Source: Balanoglossus misakiensis (lineage: Eukaryota; Animalia; Hemichordata). From it: DNA of 64,000 bases. The stretch covers positions 4,832,879 to 4,896,878 of the forward strand of contig CM082579.2 of assembly GCA_040954595.2 (NCBI GenBank), written 5' to 3'. Below are positions 39,255-53,567 of this stretch, one piece after another (the first letter of the stretch is position 1; each line of letters starts with the position of its first letter). A program made the translations under genes and the position numbers. The notes beneath the pieces are model-generated. The model saw nothing but the letters and a program-made list of their open reading frames with translations. It did no database searches and had not been told where the DNA came from.

Positions 39255-42200
39255 TTATCGGCCCGTTGTCCCGGGAAACGTCTTCTCAGTGTCCGAATCC
39301 AGCGGCGTCAGGCAGTAATTCGACAGGCTACTGTGAATCCCGTGAAATGTCGCCCTCTCGCTGGGGTCGAATTTCCAGCAGCTGCTCATGACGTCACGGA
39401 CCCTCGCCGGGCAGTTCTCGGGCGCCTGGAGGTGGTCCCCCTTAAAGATGTCATCAACGACTTGCTCGTCGCCCAGGTCAGCGTACGGCATTGCCCCGTA
39501 CGAGAAAATCTCCCACAGTGTCACTCCGTACGACCAGACGTCGCTTTCTGTGGTGTACGCCATCTTTTCTAACGACTCGGGCGCCATCCAACGAATCGGC
39601 AACATTTTGCGTCCAACCTGAACGACAATGGAAACAGTAGTGAAAAGGTTGGGTACCATGAACGTAGAATCTACCTTATCAAAGCAATTTGCCACATACG
39701 TATAAAGTCCATAGTTAATAATCCATATACCAACAAGAAGTAAAACTAAAAATATGAAAAAAAAACTTGACTTACTTTAGTGTATTCCTCTGGATGTAAT
39801 TCCCTCGCCACGCCTAGGTCAGCCACCTTGATTGACAGATCACTGGACACCAAACAGTTTCTCGCAGCTAAGTCACAATGAACAAAACTATTAGATGCAA
39901 GATATGACATGGCGCATGCAATCTGCGTTGCTATGCCTACGAGTTTGTCTCGATGCAGTGGTACCGACAGCTGCAGTTTGGTGGCGTCCTTCTCGTGGGA
40001 TGGCGAGCGAGCGTTCAGGAACTGCTTGAGGTCCCCATACTCGGCATACTCGTAAATGATGGACAGCGGCTGGCCGAAAGTAATCACGCCGAGCATTTCT
40101 AGAACGTTCGGGTGCTCCAGTTCACACATGGCCGACACCTGCCCGTCAAACGACTGTCGCGCATGCGCGGTGGCGTCCTGCCGCAACTCTTTCACCATGG
40201 CAATCGCTGGAGGGTGTCCCGGGAAGAGGCTGTCGATCCCCGCCAAGTACAGGCGCCCGAACCGACCGGTGTGTAAATCCCTGACGTGTCTGACGCTTTC
40301 GCGGGGAATCTCCGTCAGTATTCTCACAGTGGAGGCGCCCTCGCTGGCCTCCGGATAGTTGTACTTGCACACGCTCTCGACGGACGAGGACGCCGCCTCC
40401 GGATCCTGACTTTGCGGGACGGGGATGAACTTGCTGAACTTGACCGTCTGGAAAGGGGCCAGCATATCTCGCCTCGGCAACATGACTTTGCAGACCAGGG
40501 TGCAAACGCCGACAATCGTCACAATGGCGCCCGCTACGGAGGAAAGAACGATGATGATCACCATGCTGCTTTCTTTGTTCTTGTCTCCAAGGTGGTCTTT
40601 TTCCCCTCCGTCACGATGAGACTCCAGTGGCGGCGAATCGATACTTCCACTATCGTCTTCTCCGGTTACACATGAAATAGTTTGGCCCGCTGGAAACAAG
40701 GGAATATATTATAAGCTTACTCATCAGTTCGAAAGTATCAATCTACATGTAATACGACTGTAAAACTGTTTAAACCACAGTTTGTGCAAAGCGGCCATTT
40801 TCTATTTACTTACACATTCTCTATAACACCATTTCTTTCATCCTTGATAACAAATTCGTTGTACGAACAATTTAGCATGTGTTAATTTCTCACCCAATTT
40901 ATACGTAGAGATCCTGAAGCTCTTCACGTCACTAAACGGCCCTCGTCCAACCTCGTTCAGGGCTTGAATCGAGAACTGGTACTCGTCCAGCGATCTCAGC
41001 CCCTCTATGGTCGCCGTCGACGCAGTCTCCATGGTTACGTGGGGAAATGGGGACGACTCACGGGCGTCGATTGTCTTGATCATGATGTTGAACTCTGGCA
41101 GCGACCGACCCTCGTTGGAATGGCCGATGGAGGGCGGTTGTACCTTGCTGTCCCCGGTTACGCCTTGTGTTGGGTACGACCAATGGAGACGGATGCTATT
41201 GCAAGATCTCGTCTCGATGTGCACGATTTTTGGCTTTGTGGAGGGAGCTGAGCATGGAAGCAAAGGAGACCGTTACTGTATACTAATTCAGTGGCTTGGC
41301 TGATAGGTAGGATAAATCCTTGTTTGGATCAAAATAAGTCAGTACCCTGACCGGGCCACCCAACTATCTTGTACAGAGATCATGATGTGGCAACTTCTGT
41401 CTGTATAGGACAGTCAGACCTGAATTCATTTCCAGCGGTGCCAAATTTGCCATATGGTAACTCCTGTTCGACGAGATTTCTCGATCCACATGAAGTCTGA
41501 ATTAATTGATTAACACAACTCACCACACGTGACGTCATGTTTTGTAAGGTCGGTGATTGGCCGTCTTTGGGAGTTTCCGTTCGTGCATTTGATAGTGTCC
41601 CCTCTGAGAAGCAATACGTCATCGGCGTCTTTCAGCCATTGGGCAAACTGGAGAACATCACAGTTGCACTGCAATGAGTTGTGATCTAAGGATCTGTGAA
41701 TGAAAGGCGAAAAGTTTATCGCTGATTATTAAACCCGAAAATACCAACAGAGCTATAGGTATGAGTGTCCACGCTTTTATTAACGGACTATTGAATGTCC
41801 ATACTTACATCAACCTCAAAGAAGTCTTGGAAAGTTCGTCGGCACTGTGTTTAGCGAGGTCGCGTAGTCTGTTATTGCTCAAGCGTCTGAAACGATAGAC
41901 AAATGATTATGGCGTTAGTACTACATGTATACGTTTCTTCGAGATGCTTATACAAATACCAACTTAAAACCGTCACTGACCAAAAATGTGCGAATAAAAT
42001 CAGAAATACTTACAGTTCATACAAATACGGCAGATTGGAAAATAATCCGATTGGTAGGAAAGATATGCTGTTGTGGTCCAAATAACTGTAAATGGGAACA
42101 TAAGCAAATATGAAGGAACAGTTGGACATAATCATGGCATGAATTTGAAGAATTGGAACATATTGTCGTCTGCCAAAAAAGTGAATCTAAAGAATAGTTA

Positions 42201-45200
42201 ATCAATTATGCACGTCACGATTCTCACACACTTTTTGCAGATGAATAATAACGGGAACACTAATCAAATGACTTCATCCCAAAGTCATATTTCTAGCGTT
42301 ACTCATTATCTGGGGTTTGCGTAACAGCAGCTGCGAGAAAATGATGACTGATCGGTGCTTGGTATTTATTAGCTTTGGTTGAGTAGACCGGGCATGATAT
42401 AAATACGTGTTGCATAAACAACTGTCAATTGCAATTTAAAGTTAGAAACCCCTCCACTAGGAAATACTTACAGATGACGCAACCTGGATAAACCTTTGAA
42501 TGAGTTTTTGTCCAACCAGCTTATACGGTTCTTTTCTAAATACCTGAAAGAAAAATATCATTTTACATATTTAATTGTCTTGTCTGAAATCCTACCAAGT
42601 GAACGAAAGAAAAACAAGAAGGCGGGATGGGCGATCTGAGAGTAGTGACTGGTGTGACGTCACCAAATAATCGAATTGGTTTTCGACACCTGTTTACTTC
42701 ATGGCGCTACCGTGATTTATGAAGACTGTTCTGCTTTTCCTGAAGAATTATTACACATACTGACAAATAAAATGGCGAACATATTGTTCTAGAACGTCGG
42801 TGATAAGAAAGAGGCTCTCTGGAAAAAAAATATTGGGGCGTGACGTATAGAACTTCAGTTCTAACCCCCGTGTATTGTTTGTGGGTGAATTTAGTGTTGG
42901 CTCGGCAGTCTTTTATATGCACAAAAGACGGAGTCCAGCTTTGGAGGTTGTTTTGCTTGGCCGTCTACCAAATTCAAAATAAAGCGGTCTGTGTGCATGG
43001 TTCGGTGAATGGAAAATGGGTAGAGTACTCGGGGAGCCTACAGACAAATAACCACAGACTGCTCGTGTGCCAGTGGTGACGGATTTTAAGATTATTTTTA
43101 ACTGCGTAGTAATAGCGAACGGGTGACGTCTCCAGAATGTTTGTGTAATCCTTTCAATCAAAATCAATAGGCGAGGATATTATGAAAGAATTAGCCACCT
43201 GGTAGCATGCCCTGGTTTGTCTCGTTGAAAATGATGGGGTCATACGTCCATTATGTTAGCGGAATGCCACACTGTTTACCCGAAACATCACAGTACGACT
43301 CGCTGTCCGGTATCATATGAGAACAGAAACGTAAACACTCTGGTGAATTTTTTTTTCACATTTGACGAAAACAAACAGGTCACCGTGGGAGAACTTTACT
43401 TACATCATATCTGATATAGAATTAATACTTACAGTGACTCGAGGTTTTCCAGCGAAGCGAAGACGCCGTTATCAATTCTGTTGATTCTGTTGCTGCTCAG
43501 GTCACTATGTGAAGAAAAAAAGGGGAAATTGGTCTTTAAAGAAACTGAAGCTGTAACTTATCATAATTCTTTCAGTATTGTGTTCTGTGTGTCACCTACA
43601 GTTTCTTGTTCTACTCTCTACATCATGTTGATATGCCAAATGTTTAGCTTGTCCCCGCAGATTATGCATTAACAGCAAATTTTAGTCCGGACTAAAATTC
43701 AAATGTCAACAATAACATGACAATTTACAAGCCAGCATACTATGTTGAGGAGCTCGATGCTTGGCACTTAGACATGTTCTGGTGGGTAGAACAGGGAACA
43801 GTAGTTTTTACATGTATCTGGTCAATATATAAAGCTGACAATTATGCGGTAGAGTAGAAACAGAGACATCTGAACGATCGTTCACAGAGCTAATTCAGGA
43901 TTACAGGGCTTTTTGCAGCCTGTTTTCATGAACTCCAGTGGCCTTTACACTGTGTTTGCATTCGAGTTATTCTATCCATGTGACCGCGGAGAGAAAAACA
44001 GGAGAACACGCCGGCCAGGCCGCGAATTGGATTACCGAGGGGCTTTGTATTGTCACTGAAAAGGCACTTCACGTCAACAGGGCTTCAAGGGGCCACTGAA
44101 CAGAGTGTGTTAAGAGACCGCGCGAGGACGTCTTTTGACTCTAAATGCCATCATGCATGTAATGACGCAAATGACATGGAGTGCCTTTCGAGTTTCTCCG
44201 TCCACCCCGGTCATGGACGCGCGTCTGAGAAGCTACGTGGACACGTACGACCAGAGAGCTACGTGTGCCCAGGAGGAAAGTGGGTTACTGTGCCGTGAAA
44301 GACAGTCCTTGTCTCGGAGTGACCCCAGACCCTCGACATTTGTGTTTTGCCTCGTTTCCACGCGTACGAAAGGAGTGAGTGTAAGTCATCTGTGGTACTG
44401 CACTGGCCATCCGAATTCTACACTCGCGCGACAGACATAACATATCAAATAATAGAATTTCTAGTTTGTACTGTAGCCCTGGTCTATATCGTCTAAAAAA
44501 ATTACAATCACAAACGGAGATAGATAAAACTCTCCGCTTAGAATGAAAAGGCCTTTGTTTTACACGCGGCATTCATGTACTGCAGAAAATGGATCCATAC
44601 GAACAAGCGTCAGTTTTGGCAGTCTCCATTGAATTTGGTTCATAAAAAATGAGAATTCATTAAGACTAACATAATTAAACAGTGTGAACTGATTTCATTC
44701 ATCTGAGCTAATATTAAAGACGAACATCGCTCCATCTGCCCCGATTTTCTTTTGCCACAGAAGATTTTACGTTTTGCTTGAACTGTTCTGCATTGTCTTT
44801 CTGTTGCGGTGGCGGTAACATATATGGCCTGGGGGCCACAAAAACAAAGGCAGAGTAACACGTGCCCAGCAACAGAGTGAACGCCACGGCATTCTCTCTT
44901 CAAGCCCACGACAGATCTGTAAGTGAGAGAAACCGTCGTCTTTCTGCGGGAAAATGGTACAATTTGGAGTACCGTGAGGTTTCCAAGGGAAGGCATCTCG
45001 TGGGAACCAAATTAGCCTTCCATTGGTTTCGACGTGGATAGAGTCACGCGGCAGTATGTCGCGCATTCCCTTTGGGAAAATGTCTGCACAACGGAGGCCA
45101 CGTGGCGATCTCTATTACAGGCATTTTATGGGAATTGTATGACATGCATCCTCTATGATGCCACTTTCACCGACATGACTCCGTCGGGCGGCGGCAGCAA

Positions 45201-48200
45201 GCGGCCACCTCTCCGCCGATCGCGTGCTCGCGGATCCGACCGCGGCGAGCGAGACAATCGAGCGCGGGCAGAGTACGCGTCAAGTCGGCACGTCCGGCGC
45301 TCGTCGCCTTCTTCTGGCCCGTTCCAAAGACTCGCACATCTGCAGAAACTTCGTTCGCATTTCGGTTTTCTTCAAAAACACATACACACACACAAAGGGG
45401 CACCAACTCGTAATTCATCCACGTACAAGCGATCGTCCGAGACAGGAAAGTGAGCAACAATTTCCAGGACGGAGCGCACACACGTGCTTGCAACGATCGA
45501 CTTTCCAGCGTACCTGCATGCGCGCGTCGCCTTTGAGGCCGTAGCTGTGGGAAAATTGCTCAGTCGCGGGCGACACGAGTAAACTCGCCACGGGAAATCG
45601 ATTGCACGGACCTCGCAGCTTGTCTGGAGGAAAAGCGTGGCCTAAACCAGCGCCGCAGTCACACCCTCCCTCTTCACAGAAAATCGGCGGCCTATTTGCG
45701 CAAAGCTTCATGAACTTCTTCAATATAATGCAAAACTTCCATCGCCGTATTCCCTCAGCCGATTTTGATTATTATATTTGAATGAGGTAGAAGCCCATTA
45801 TGTTTGACTTTTGAGGTAAATCAGCTGGCTGGCTGAATAACACCTCATGAAGTTACTTTAATTTACACCAGAACCTTTTTAACCACGGCGATTTGTTGCA
45901 GACGCTTTATAAATATCTCCCTTCAATCGAGCATTTACAACGTTTTAATTAATTTTACACCAAACAGCCCGCGGGCATATTTGTCATCCCACAAATGTTC
46001 CCATACGAAACATGAAACGAATTAGCAAAGCGCATGCTCCGAGCCTCGTTGGTATTTGTAGAACGCCGTGTGTCGTGGAACAGCGAGGGGAGAAAAAGCG
46101 GTCATTATTAATGGAAGTCCGTTATAATCACTCAATATACTAGGCCTAACGGTGGGGGAGTGAGATTTGCTCCACTTTGTGACAGATGTTACGGTACGTC
46201 TCCCCAAACCCATTAATTGAAGTCACTTTGGCGTTTTATTAAATTCTCCGAGTGAATTAGGGAAGTATAAATGAAATTATTGGGCCAATATTGAACAGAT
46301 GCCGAAATTAGGAACAGATGGGAGTTCGACGAAAAAAAAATTGTCACCGGGTAGCGAGTATCAGCATGATGTCCGTTATTTTAGAATTACACGGTCCTTT
46401 CGTATTGTTTCGCTGCGCTGCGCTTGATGACGTTATTTGTCATTTTAATGACTCGCTCTTCGGTTTTCCCGCAATAACCGTTATAGTCCATTCACAATCT
46501 TTAAAGCACATCCACTCACGTCGACGACACTGTTGAGCTTTTTTTAAGAATTAAAGCCCCAGTATTTCTAACTTTTGGCTATTTTTTTCGATATTTGTCT
46601 ATCATATGTCAAGTCATGTTTCTTTTTCATGGATTCTCAACAAAGCATGAATATAAAAGTCAAAGGTGGAGTTATTGGATTTTAATGTGACCGAGGTGGA
46701 AAGCGAGTTTCTTCACCGGAGGGGGTATGATGCTGCCGTATTATAAAGTTGGAAACGTCACGGTCGCGCACATGTACGCTTCACCATCTTGACTGTACTT
46801 TATGGGCAGATAATTGCGGGTTATCCGTGTCTTTCTCCATCAACGTCGCCAATAAAAGCGGGTATGTCCATAGTAAGTTGTCCGGTTGTTAAATGCGGGT
46901 TATTTCAGGCTTTAAAAGAACGCAAGGACGTTGGTCGGGTGGCTCGGCCGGGTGAACAATCGCGCTGCAGAAGATATTCATTCTCCGGATGTATAGTGCG
47001 CGGTAGTGGCAGAGCGCAAGCGTGTGTCCGCGGTTGACGCGGGTACCCGCATCTCGAAATGCGTAATCCCACACGGTATAGATACAGCTCTAGAGAATAC
47101 AGACTGAGACACAAAGGTGTCGAAGATCTAAAGGGACCCCCACACTGGGTCGTTCTCGAGTGGTTCTTCACTATAACAGGAGTCACTTGAAGTTACACCC
47201 AGTGTGATGACAGAATTCACCGAAAGTACACACCACTTATATTAGGCACTTTCGGAAAAGTTGGTCAAATAGCCAAAGAATTCAAATACAGTGTCTGTTT
47301 GCGCATATCAGATTCTGTAGACCTTTAATAATGATATGGTTGAAGTTGAGTCTGCATCGCGACTTGAGAACCAAAGCGTTCTTGATGATCATGTTTCACC
47401 GGCGACTTTCGCAGCTTAAAATCGACCATCTCACACATATTCAGCGTCGACGCGACGCCTTTCAGATGCTTTGGGATTCGAGATTCGCCAGGGTGTTGTT
47501 GGAGGGGGATTACGACGCTGCGCGTGCGCGGACTGCGCTGTGATGAAGAACGTGAATTAAATTTGTCAAAGTACTTACAGCACTTTCAACTGGGTAAACT
47601 CGGCCAGATCGCCCACTCCGATTTCACCGATCTCGTTTCCTTGCAGAATTCTGCGAACAAAAGACAACAATTCAGAAACACCCTCGTATCATTGTTACCG
47701 GATAATCTCGACAATTATTGGGGCCCACATCGCAACTACCGTCGACATTCAAAGACGACCCGTCGCCGAATATCGCGGCATGTTCAAGTTCTCACAGAAC
47801 TCTCACATATGAAAGCTGCCGTGTAGGAGCTAATTAATTTCTTCGCTCTCACAATGGAGCTAGGCCCTTAACTTGTTCGGCATCATCGATCACGTGACCC
47901 AGAAAAAGCCGAAAATTATTGATTTGGCACTTCAAACACTTATACGTGAAACGGTTTCTTTAGATATTGTGAGTAGAGCGCATACAAAGAGTTCTATTTG
48001 CCCAAAAAATACTTTGCTAAGGCGGTGTGAAAACAATGCCCCTACCCCGAAATTTGATCGGTATTTTTTGTATATAGGCATTGAAAGTGAAAGAGTTACT
48101 GACTAAGCTTGTAGAAAGCAGCATGGTAGATCGGGTTTTTTTTCTCTCGTCTTTGCAATTAAATTACTCCCAAACCGTCTATGAAATGTATAATTAGGCC

Positions 48201-49217
48201 GCTATGCAGCCAAAAATACTAGCGCCCCAACAACACACGAAGACCAGCTTGTGGAATTTTGGTGCAAATTTGGTTTTTGAAGAAACCGACAGCAAATGCC
48301 TTCAAATTTAGTTCACCAAGTCCTTGAACCACATAAACGGCAAGAGAGCAACACTTTCCAAACACTACTTGAAGCTTTTTTTCAATTTAAAGTGACACAA
48401 AGCCTTTAGCGATTCACTTTTGTGTTGTCTCGATGGCAGAGCGGCATACCCGTTCTTGGTTCTATTCTTACTTTCACTTGATAAGTGGCTGGGCTCATTC
48501 TGCACGGACAATGTAAACGCGGGGATGCCGGGTATAAGCTGTGAAAAATCACGACCGTGGTGTAAACAAGAGTTTCACCGAATGGCGAGCAGACTAAACC
48601 AAAAGTTGATTTCGATTATCCCGTCCGTGCAAGAGTCGACGGAGCGTTGGGAACTCGCCGCGCCAACAAAGTACGTGTAGTCTGTAAAGTTCAAACCTCG
48701 GCGGTGGCGTGGGAATTGTCAAAAAATTACTTTTCTTGGGTAGACAGTTGCACACGTACACTATGTACTCAATGCTCCGTCCGTGAAAGTGGTGCCCAGT
48801 TCTATCGCTTCGGGTTCAATTTGGTCATTTCAACTCGCCACGGACCTTATTACGCAATTTTATGCCCCGCTGCCATAGTAACCTCTTTGACTTCGCCCAA
48901 TTCGTTTCGCGGCACATTAACACATTCCTCGCGGTAAACCGCTGACAACTCTCAATTTCAAGGCGTGGAGGAACTCAGATTTGTTGTTTGTATAAACTGG
49001 GTGTTCATACTTACAGCTGATGGATTTGCCGAGGAAGACCCGCCGGTATGTTCGTGAAGGAGCCTCGGCAGATAACAGCCATCGATGAATCACAGATACA
49101 TCCAAGGGGGAGGCTTGAGCACCAAGTCGTCGACGACGCCGGATCGGCGAACATTAACGGGGCCAGCAGCAGCGCTGGCAGTAGCGTCGCTCTGATCAGT
49201 TTTGCCCGGTCCGTCAT
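39255..49217 (-). CDS. LRR-FN3 receptor tyrosine kinase (~765 aa) with a Trk/ROR/MuSK-group kinase domain, degenerate (non-RD, possible pseudokinase)
   Basis: Frame-consistent model of 2298 nt: 49217-49015 (signal peptide and LRRNT CSSLPLGCIC), 47650-47579, 43504-43433 and 42543-42472 (72-nt LRR exons, e.g. DLSSNRINRIDNGVFASLENLESL), 41886-41809, 41693-41524 (LRRCT NSLQCNC..FAQWL), 41247-40894 (FN3: SIRLHW..GLRSLDEYQFSIQALNEVGRGPFS), 40689-39776 (TM and kinase: HCDLAARNCLV, ADLG), 39617-39255 (LPIRWMAPES, SDVWSYGVTLWEIFSYG). Extra LRR exons in the large introns cannot be excluded. Confidence 0.9.
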
Positions 49218-49542
49218 CGCCACGCTGTGGTCCTGCTAGGCTACCGAAGACTTCCACGCGGGGCCGGGTCAAGACTTCTTTGTGGGATGGTGCGGCCTGC
49301 CTGCCTGTCTGCCTGTGTGTGGATGGGAAAAGAACGGGTCTGCGTTATTCAGGGAAAGCGGACTGGATTGCAGTGCGTGTTTTGCGCGCAGTGCCTTGTG
49401 TGAGAATCCTGCGCGATCCCCATTTGTTCATTCACACCACGAATCTCGGGAGCTGGTTGACGTTTCTATCAAACAATAGTCGTCAGCATAAAAGGGAAAG
49501 CGACTCTTTTGTTCTCGGGATCCTTGCACGCTCTCCCCGCTA

Positions 49543-49587
49543 TGATTGGCTTTCGCGCTGCGTAGTAATAACTGCGCCCCCTAGAGG
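49543..49587 (-). promoter_or_regulatory. Putative RTK promoter elements (CCAAT box and CTCF-like motif)
   Basis: GATTGG at 49543-49548 (CCAATC on -) and CCTCTAGGGGGCGCA on - at 49573-49587, about 330-370 nt upstream of the ATG. Confidence 0.35.
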
Positions 49588-52500
49588 AAAATACGCGAAG
49601 AGCGACACACTTGATATTCAATTAAAATAATAAATGCTATGCCGTTATCTACGAAAAATCATTGTCTGCCACAGTGCCACTGTAATTACTGGGGCATCCC
49701 AAAGTAGCACAATATCTCATCAAACTACAGAACCCGTCCACTAGCGAAAACAACATGACTTCTATTTTCTCAGCCAAATGACATGTCTTTACCAACCAAA
49801 TTTATAAAAATGAATCTACATCTGAATATTAGTACATGTATAATGACCAACCGCTTCGTCACATCTGCTTGCTAACATGTGCAAGTGGGGCATCTCAAAA
49901 TGGGCCCGACTGCAAATGACAGTCACTGACAGACATTTCATACATAGTTCCATGGTCTATCCACTAGCACACTCCACATACCGCATACTAGTTCGAACAA
50001 ATTGCCGAAATTTCGTGGCCATAATGTAGAGACTCTGTGTGTGGCATGTTTCACCGTCCCACCGATGCGTGTTTTGTCGTAAATAACCCCAAGAGTCAAC
50101 GACCACCGATCATCGACACGCATGTATTACAACAAAGTCCCTCCACACAGGAGAAAGAAAGTGCACCACACATTTTAGCAAAACCGTCTCCCTACAATTT
50201 GTGACCAGTCTGATGAACACCAGCCGCGCCGACGAGGCAAGCAGTTCCGTTAAAACAAAACAACGAAATCGTCTAGAGATGTTCGGGGGTACGTGTACTT
50301 ACAGCCCGAGAAACGATTCTAGTAGCAGCTGCTGCAGCCGTCCCGAAGTCAGCTCTGGGCTGAACCGTATCCTTCTTGGGCTGACACTTGACCCCCGGTG
50401 ACCGAAGACCAGTGCGTGTATATTCTAATTCACTTAGTCAGTGTGTTGATGACTCCCACTCACATAAGTGTCAACTATCACGCAGACGTGAAAGTATTCA
50501 TCGAGTCATCACACCGATTATTTGCACGATAATGACGTAAAACCCGGTGTCTATCGCTGGTCCCCAGCCGTTGCTGGAACTTTCATCCAATTAAATCATC
50601 TTTATAGCCTCATAAAAATTACGCCCTTTGTGTTCTCGACTGCTTTTGGCCAACCCCGCGCAGCGCTGAGTGCAGAGAGCGCGGAACATCTGTGAACAGT
50701 GCTACGCCATCTAAATCTGTCAGTAAATTCACCCGACAATCAAATTCAAAAATACTAGAAGACCTCGTTCGCTGCCACCATTATAAGCCCAACAAAGATG
50801 TCTGAACATAATTCCTTACGAGTGGCCCCAGCCGGTTTAATCACGGATCTTCTTAAAATAGAAACGCAAAGTAGTTGCAGTAAATAAACCTACGTCTCCG
50901 AGCATTTTAAAACTTTAATTGGAACTACCATCTTGCTTTTTTGTAATTCACGGATTCCTCCTTTCGCTTTTGCCACAGGTGGCACCGATCAACCAAAATT
51001 GCTCACTAAATAACCAACAATTGCAACGGAAGCCTGAACTATTAGTAGGAGCAACTGATTACAAACGTGATACTCAGGGTTATGTATATGGTTATCGTGG
51101 ATGTCCCGACACGGCTACAAGACAGATATCAAATACTTGTGTCTGATTAACTGAGAAGAAAGACACCTTTTCATCTTAATTAAAATGGGCCACTTAGAAC
51201 GAGAACATTCGGCGCAGTATACGCGTATCGCACATATGGACTGCTATGTCTAAAATCATTGTACAACACTTTGACACGTTTTGACTTATTAGCTGTGTAT
51301 AATGTACACACCGGGGACATTTTGTATGTACAAATTGAGACCAATCAGTATCGTAAAAATGGTAACCTTATCTACCGAAAAAGTCCTCTCTTTTTATTGA
51401 ACATAATCATACCAAACTGTTATGATCATTAACTATAGCCAAAATATGCAATGTATTTGCCCAGTGGTCTAGTTTTCAGCGTAAGTAAAGAAATGTCACC
51501 CATACACTGATTAATAGCTGGCAGATCATCACATCCCAAAGACATTGATCATCTTATATTTATAGATATGGGGTCAAGGGCAAGTGTTTCACTTGCGAAC
51601 AAAAATGAAAGTATCATATTCATGTTTATAAACTTAAATTATTATGAGGGATCGGTTAGATTACAAGGTATTCGGAGGCATGGAAGTCAATGGTGGGTTA
51701 AGCCTCTGTTGGTTCTGATTGCCGCGTAAATCACTGTCAAATTAAATCGTTGTCAGTTTAAGGTAACTTGTGAGGTTCATGACAACATATTTAATATGCA
51801 AATTTCTTGGACACATCTTACTTCAAAGAGATGTATATGTGATCTGACAAAATAAAAACGAGAGACATAAACCATACCGTATGATGGCGCACAACGTGTG
51901 CCTGATTGTACTTAAAAGGTACGCCTGTCGCAAGATCGGTCGAGCGACAAAACAATACTGGTATTGAGACAAGTTAACCAACTGGAACGTGTAACTTTGG
52001 GCTTAATGAACATTACAAAATATATTGCCTATACTGAGATAGAAAAGCTATCCTTTATACGAATGGACGGGTGTTGATGCCAGAAGTTACTTTTTTTCTT
52101 GTCGTTACAACGAAGATAGGCTAATTACTGTGAACAGTAATTGACGCGAAAGTGAATGTATTTCGGTATATTAACACAAGCCAAAAGTGGACATGCCAGA
52201 GCTAAGCGGTACAAGCCACATTTATTATGCGACAAATAAGTAAATGACATTAATATTATCAGCAACTTTTCTCTTTTCCTCGTTCTTGGCATGCTTGCAC
52301 GTCCACCCACACGCACTTCACAAAGGTGTAAATCACACACAAAAGCACTGCATTGTACGCCCTGGCGGTAAAAGGTGAACGGGTTAGCTAACCTCAGTAC
52401 GCAGACTCACCCGACAACTCGAGAAATCATTTGCTCGGCCCTGCGCACAACCAGGTAAACAGAAACAATCTTCTGTTACGGCAACCACCAGAACACTGTA

Positions 52501-53567
52501 TGTGCCTGACACGCACATGTACAGAGAGACAACCGCTCCAGTCTACCGGGATTGAATCCACATCGACCACCCAACTGAAGGTGAGGGTATGGGCGAAGGT
52601 GAAAGAACTTTAACTCGCTGTTTTCACAGAATAAGCAGCACAGCGAACTGAGTACACAGCAGATGCGTGAAAGCGTCTTTGTGTTTCGGTTTCCGCTGAT
52701 TTATTCACAGTGATCTAACGGTGAACGCGGATGAACTTCATCATTGGTATTGACCCCGTGGAAAGGTCGAGTTTATCGAGTAAACGACTGGGTTGTGTGC
52801 ACATAAAGTGTACTATAGGCTGTAGCGTTTGTACATTTGCCTGAACCAGGGCGTTTGATTGAAATGGGCGGTGACCGATTTAAGTGAACCATATAAATAT
52901 AAATCGGTGCACCGTGCACCGGGTCGGACATGGACAAATCTCTGCTAGGTACAGTAACTAGTCAAGTGCGCATAAAGGCTTCGAGAGAAAGCCAGTAAAA
53001 TAGAGTCCTTTGTTCGTGTGTTTTATAAGTGTTCCGACCCTCGGTTGTAAAACAGGCTCTGGCTATAACGCAGAGTGATCCGCCCCTTTGACCGAAGCCA
53101 GGCACGGAGACTGTCCTAATATAATTAAGAAACATTAATGTTGGCTGTTGGGTGCTTAGTTGTGCTATTGCCCACCGTAGTAACCGCGACGCGGGCAATG
53201 ATTTATTTAAATATACGGTGATCCTTCGTATTGTAACCTTCCAACCCATGGATATTAATAATAGTAATAGTAATAGGCTTACAACGGCCCACTTGTAAAC
53301 CCGTAAAATGTGCGAACATGGAGGCCACTGGGATAAAATGAGCGGTTGGAGATTGAGTTTGTAGTAATATTATGGTTTTCCAAAGTTTTTTTTTGTAATA
53401 TTGTTATAATAGAATTAATGAAAATCAATGTATTAGCAATTATTTAAACGATTGTCGCGTGACGTGCGCCTTTATGGTTTCTGGTTGAAATTTGTGGTTA
53501 ATAATGACGCTCTGTCTCTCTCTCCCTCCCGCTCTCCTCCTCCTCCTCTCCTCCGAGCAGTGGCAAC

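Noticed and set aside
39255-49217. Naming the kinase gene NTRK, ROR or MUSK
   Set aside because: The ectodomain lacks Ig/CRD/kringle domains and key kinase motifs are altered; orthology needs a phylogeny.
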